Positions 61,981-63,696 of a stretch of 63,696 bases of DNA are shown here, piece by piece; the first letter of the stretch is position 1; each line of letters begins with the position of its first letter. Below the pieces are notes generated by a model. It saw only the letters and a list, made by a program, of their open reading frames with translations. It was not told the origin of the DNA and searched no databases. The stretch is from an uncultured archaeon (lineage in GTDB: Archaea; Iainarchaeota; Iainarchaeia; Iainarchaeales; VGJJ01). The stretch spans positions 1 to 63,696 of the forward strand of contig CAZGES010000001.1 of assembly GCA_964524375.1 (NCBI GenBank), written 5' to 3'. A program made the position numbers and the translations under genes.

Positions 61981-63527
61981 ACTTTTTGACGTTGAATATA
62001 CCCGCGCGCGCTGCCAAAAGCATTCCTTTTCTCGCGTCGCGGGAAAAAGCACGCTATGAGGCGGGGCTGGATTCGTTTCTATCATTTTTAATCCTGGAAT
62101 TGGAAACCCGCGCGCCATTTGAAACCGCATTCTCGCGCGCGGCGGAGAAAACACCATTCCCCTTGCGCGGCGCCCTCGAACCCGCGCTCGCTCGTTTTCG
62201 TGAAAAAGGAATGAGCATGGATGAAAGTCTTGAACTTCTCACGCGTGAAGTGGACACGCCACTCTTTACGCGCGTCGCGGGGCTATTGAGACATGTGTAT
62301 GCGCATGGTTCCACACGCTCAACAATTGAAGCGCTTCGAAACATGCTGGAAGATGTGCGCGGCGCGCAGCGAACAATGTGGAAGGCGTACGCCCAAAAAC
62401 TAGTATTGTTTTCGCTCGTTTTCATTGGCGTTTCCGCTCTCGTTCCCGCGCTATTTTTGGCGTTTGTCACGATTGGAAGCCGGTTTTTGGAATTGTCTCT
62501 CACGACTTGGGACATTTTGTTCACATCCTTGATTATTTTCCCCCTCGTGGATGCGGGCGTGTTGGGAATGGTTTGGCTGCAGATGCCCCCGCACGTGACA
62601 CGGTTACAAGGGGAAACAAAAAAATCATTTTCCATTCGTGAATTTTATTTGCAGTTGTGCCAACGTGTAGAGGAGGTGTGCGCGGCAAATAATTGTGAAG
62701 GGGGGTTGCCCCGCCTTGTTTTTTCTTCCGCGGTGGAGGGGGCGGGGTTGTTTATCGTGGCGTGGAGTTTCTTCCTGCCCGCTCAACACGTGGATGCGTT
62801 TTGGGTGAGTATTTTTTTGTGTGCGTGCGCGGGACCGCTGATGTTCAATCTCGTGTGGCAGCTTGTTAAATTTGAAAAAAATACACATACTATCGAACAG
62901 CAGTCCGCGGACTCATTACTCGTGCTTTCATCCATTCCTTCTTCCGTGTCTTTTTTGGACCACTTGCGTTGGTTGGCGCGCGTGTCTCCGGAACCCATTC
63001 AAAATGAATGGAAAAAAATGGTTTCACGCATCGAAGCGGGAAAAAATCCCGCGCTTGCGTTAAGTGAATTGGGCGCGGGGAGAAATTCGAGCATTTTAGA
63101 ATCGGTGCGCGCGCTCTTGATTAAAACGTATGAGTCGGGCACCGCATTTGGGGAGCCCTCGCGCACGCTCGCGCAGGAAATTAGCACGCATCACGCTTCC
63201 CTCCATGAACGAAGGGCGGTGTTGCTCGTGGAGAAATATACAATACTCTTGGCGGGCGGAATATTGGTGCCCTTTTTGCTGGGGATTCTTACGGGCGTTG
63301 TTTCAAGTCTTCCCTTGAGCGGCGAGTTCACGTCCCCGGACGCCCCTGCGTTGTTTGAAACCGCCTTGCTGGGAATGCGCGGGTATTTGTTCATGTATTC
63401 TATTCTTGCAGGGGTATTTGTGGGTTTTCAAGATGGGAAGCCCGCGCAATCCATTTTCTACGTACTCTTACTCATTCCGTGTTCGCAATTGGTGTATACA
63501 TTAGGGGCGTGGTGGTTGAGCGGATAA
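61977..63527 (+). CDS. two-domain platform membrane protein (FlaJ/PilC-like, 516 aa)
   Basis: ATG at 61977 overlaps the ATPase stop (ATGA). Two T2SSF-like helical domains (PFETAFSRAAEKTPFPLRGALEP.. and PIQNEWKKMVSRIEAGKNPALALSEL..), each followed by TM helices. Confidence 0.7.
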   Translation: MNFLTLNIPARAAKSIPFLASREKARYEAGLDSFLSFLILELETRAPFETAFSRAAEKTPFPLRGALEPALARFREKGMSMDESLELLTREVDTPLFTRVAGLLRHVYAHGSTRSTIEALRNMLEDVRGAQRTMWKAYAQKLVLFSLVFIGVSALVPALFLAFVTIGSRFLELSLTTWDILFTSLIIFPLVDAGVLGMVWLQMPPHVTRLQGETKKSFSIREFYLQLCQRVEEVCAANNCEGGLPRLVFSSAVEGAGLFIVAWSFFLPAQHVDAFWVSIFLCACAGPLMFNLVWQLVKFEKNTHTIEQQSADSLLVLSSIPSSVSFLDHLRWLARVSPEPIQNEWKKMVSRIEAGKNPALALSELGAGRNSSILESVRALLIKTYESGTAFGEPSRTLAQEISTHHASLHERRAVLLVEKYTILLAGGILVPFLLGILTGVVSSLPLSGEFTSPDAPALFETALLGMRGYLFMYSILAGVFVGFQDGKPAQSIFYVLLLIPCSQLVYTLGAWWLSG

Positions 63528-63573
63528 CCTTGTGCGTGCGCGAACGAATGTGCATCCTACGCCGGCCGGTTGA

Positions 63574-63581
63574 AATATAAA
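63574..63581 (+). promoter_or_regulatory. TATA box (AATATAAA)
   Basis: Centred ~26 nt upstream of the ATG at 63604. Confidence 0.45.
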
Positions 63582-63603
63582 CCCCAAAAGACTTTTTGCC
63601 TGT

Positions 63604-63696
63604 ATGCCTCCGGCTTCTAAATCCAAATCCACGCCTACTAACATGCCTTCAGGAATGAAGCTCGCGCGCGACCACGCGATTCGATTCGTGGAAACG
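63604..63696 (+). CDS. 5' end of an unidentified CDS running off the window (31 codons)
   Basis: ATG at canonical TATA spacing. MPPASKSKSTPTNMPSGMKLARDHAIRFVET with no stop before the edge. Confidence 0.4.
   Translation, partial: MPPASKSKSTPTNMPSGMKLARDHAIRFVET

Overview
Compact (~90% coding) 63.7-kb chromosomal segment of an archaeon. Short genes, many basic orphan proteins and a reduced RNase P RNA suggest a small-genome DPANN-like lineage, but that placement is inference. Archaeal markers are ribosomal protein eL42/L44e, archaeal-type AlaRS/LeuRS/ArgRS, a GAN/RecJ-like DHH nuclease, class-III-signal-peptide pilins, and TATA boxes ~26 nt upstream of mostly leaderless start codons. I annotate about 60 CDS, 5 tRNAs (Ser-CGA, Ser-UGA, Ser-GGA, Arg-UCU, Leu-GAG), an RNase P RNA hidden under three track ORFs, and several repeated promoter and flank modules. 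Main points of interest: (1) a complete bacterial-type MEP/DOXP isoprenoid pathway (ispE, ispH, dxr, ispD, ispF, dxs, ispG plus an IDI-like Nudix protein lacking the catalytic Cys) clustered in an archaeal context. (2) An SMC-headed ATPase with no hinge and a Rad50-style CPVC zinc hook at its exact midpoint. (3) A 14.6-kb Tad/Epd-like type IV filament locus containing two tandem giant (about 750 aa) pilin-like paralogs, four smaller pilin-like genes, a Flp-like pilin, split TadB/TadC-like platform genes and an embedded beta-propeller protein. A second ATPase/platform pair lies at the window end. (4) Sequence-conserved modules flank the tRNA genes: a 3' flank with shared exact 15- and 17-mers, and a 5' promoter module that also heads the giant-pilin gene. 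(5) A TTGACGTA/TTACGT motif recurs in MEP and pilin promoters. I saw no CRISPR array, rRNA, transposase or integrase. All family assignments come from motif recognition by eye, with no database search.
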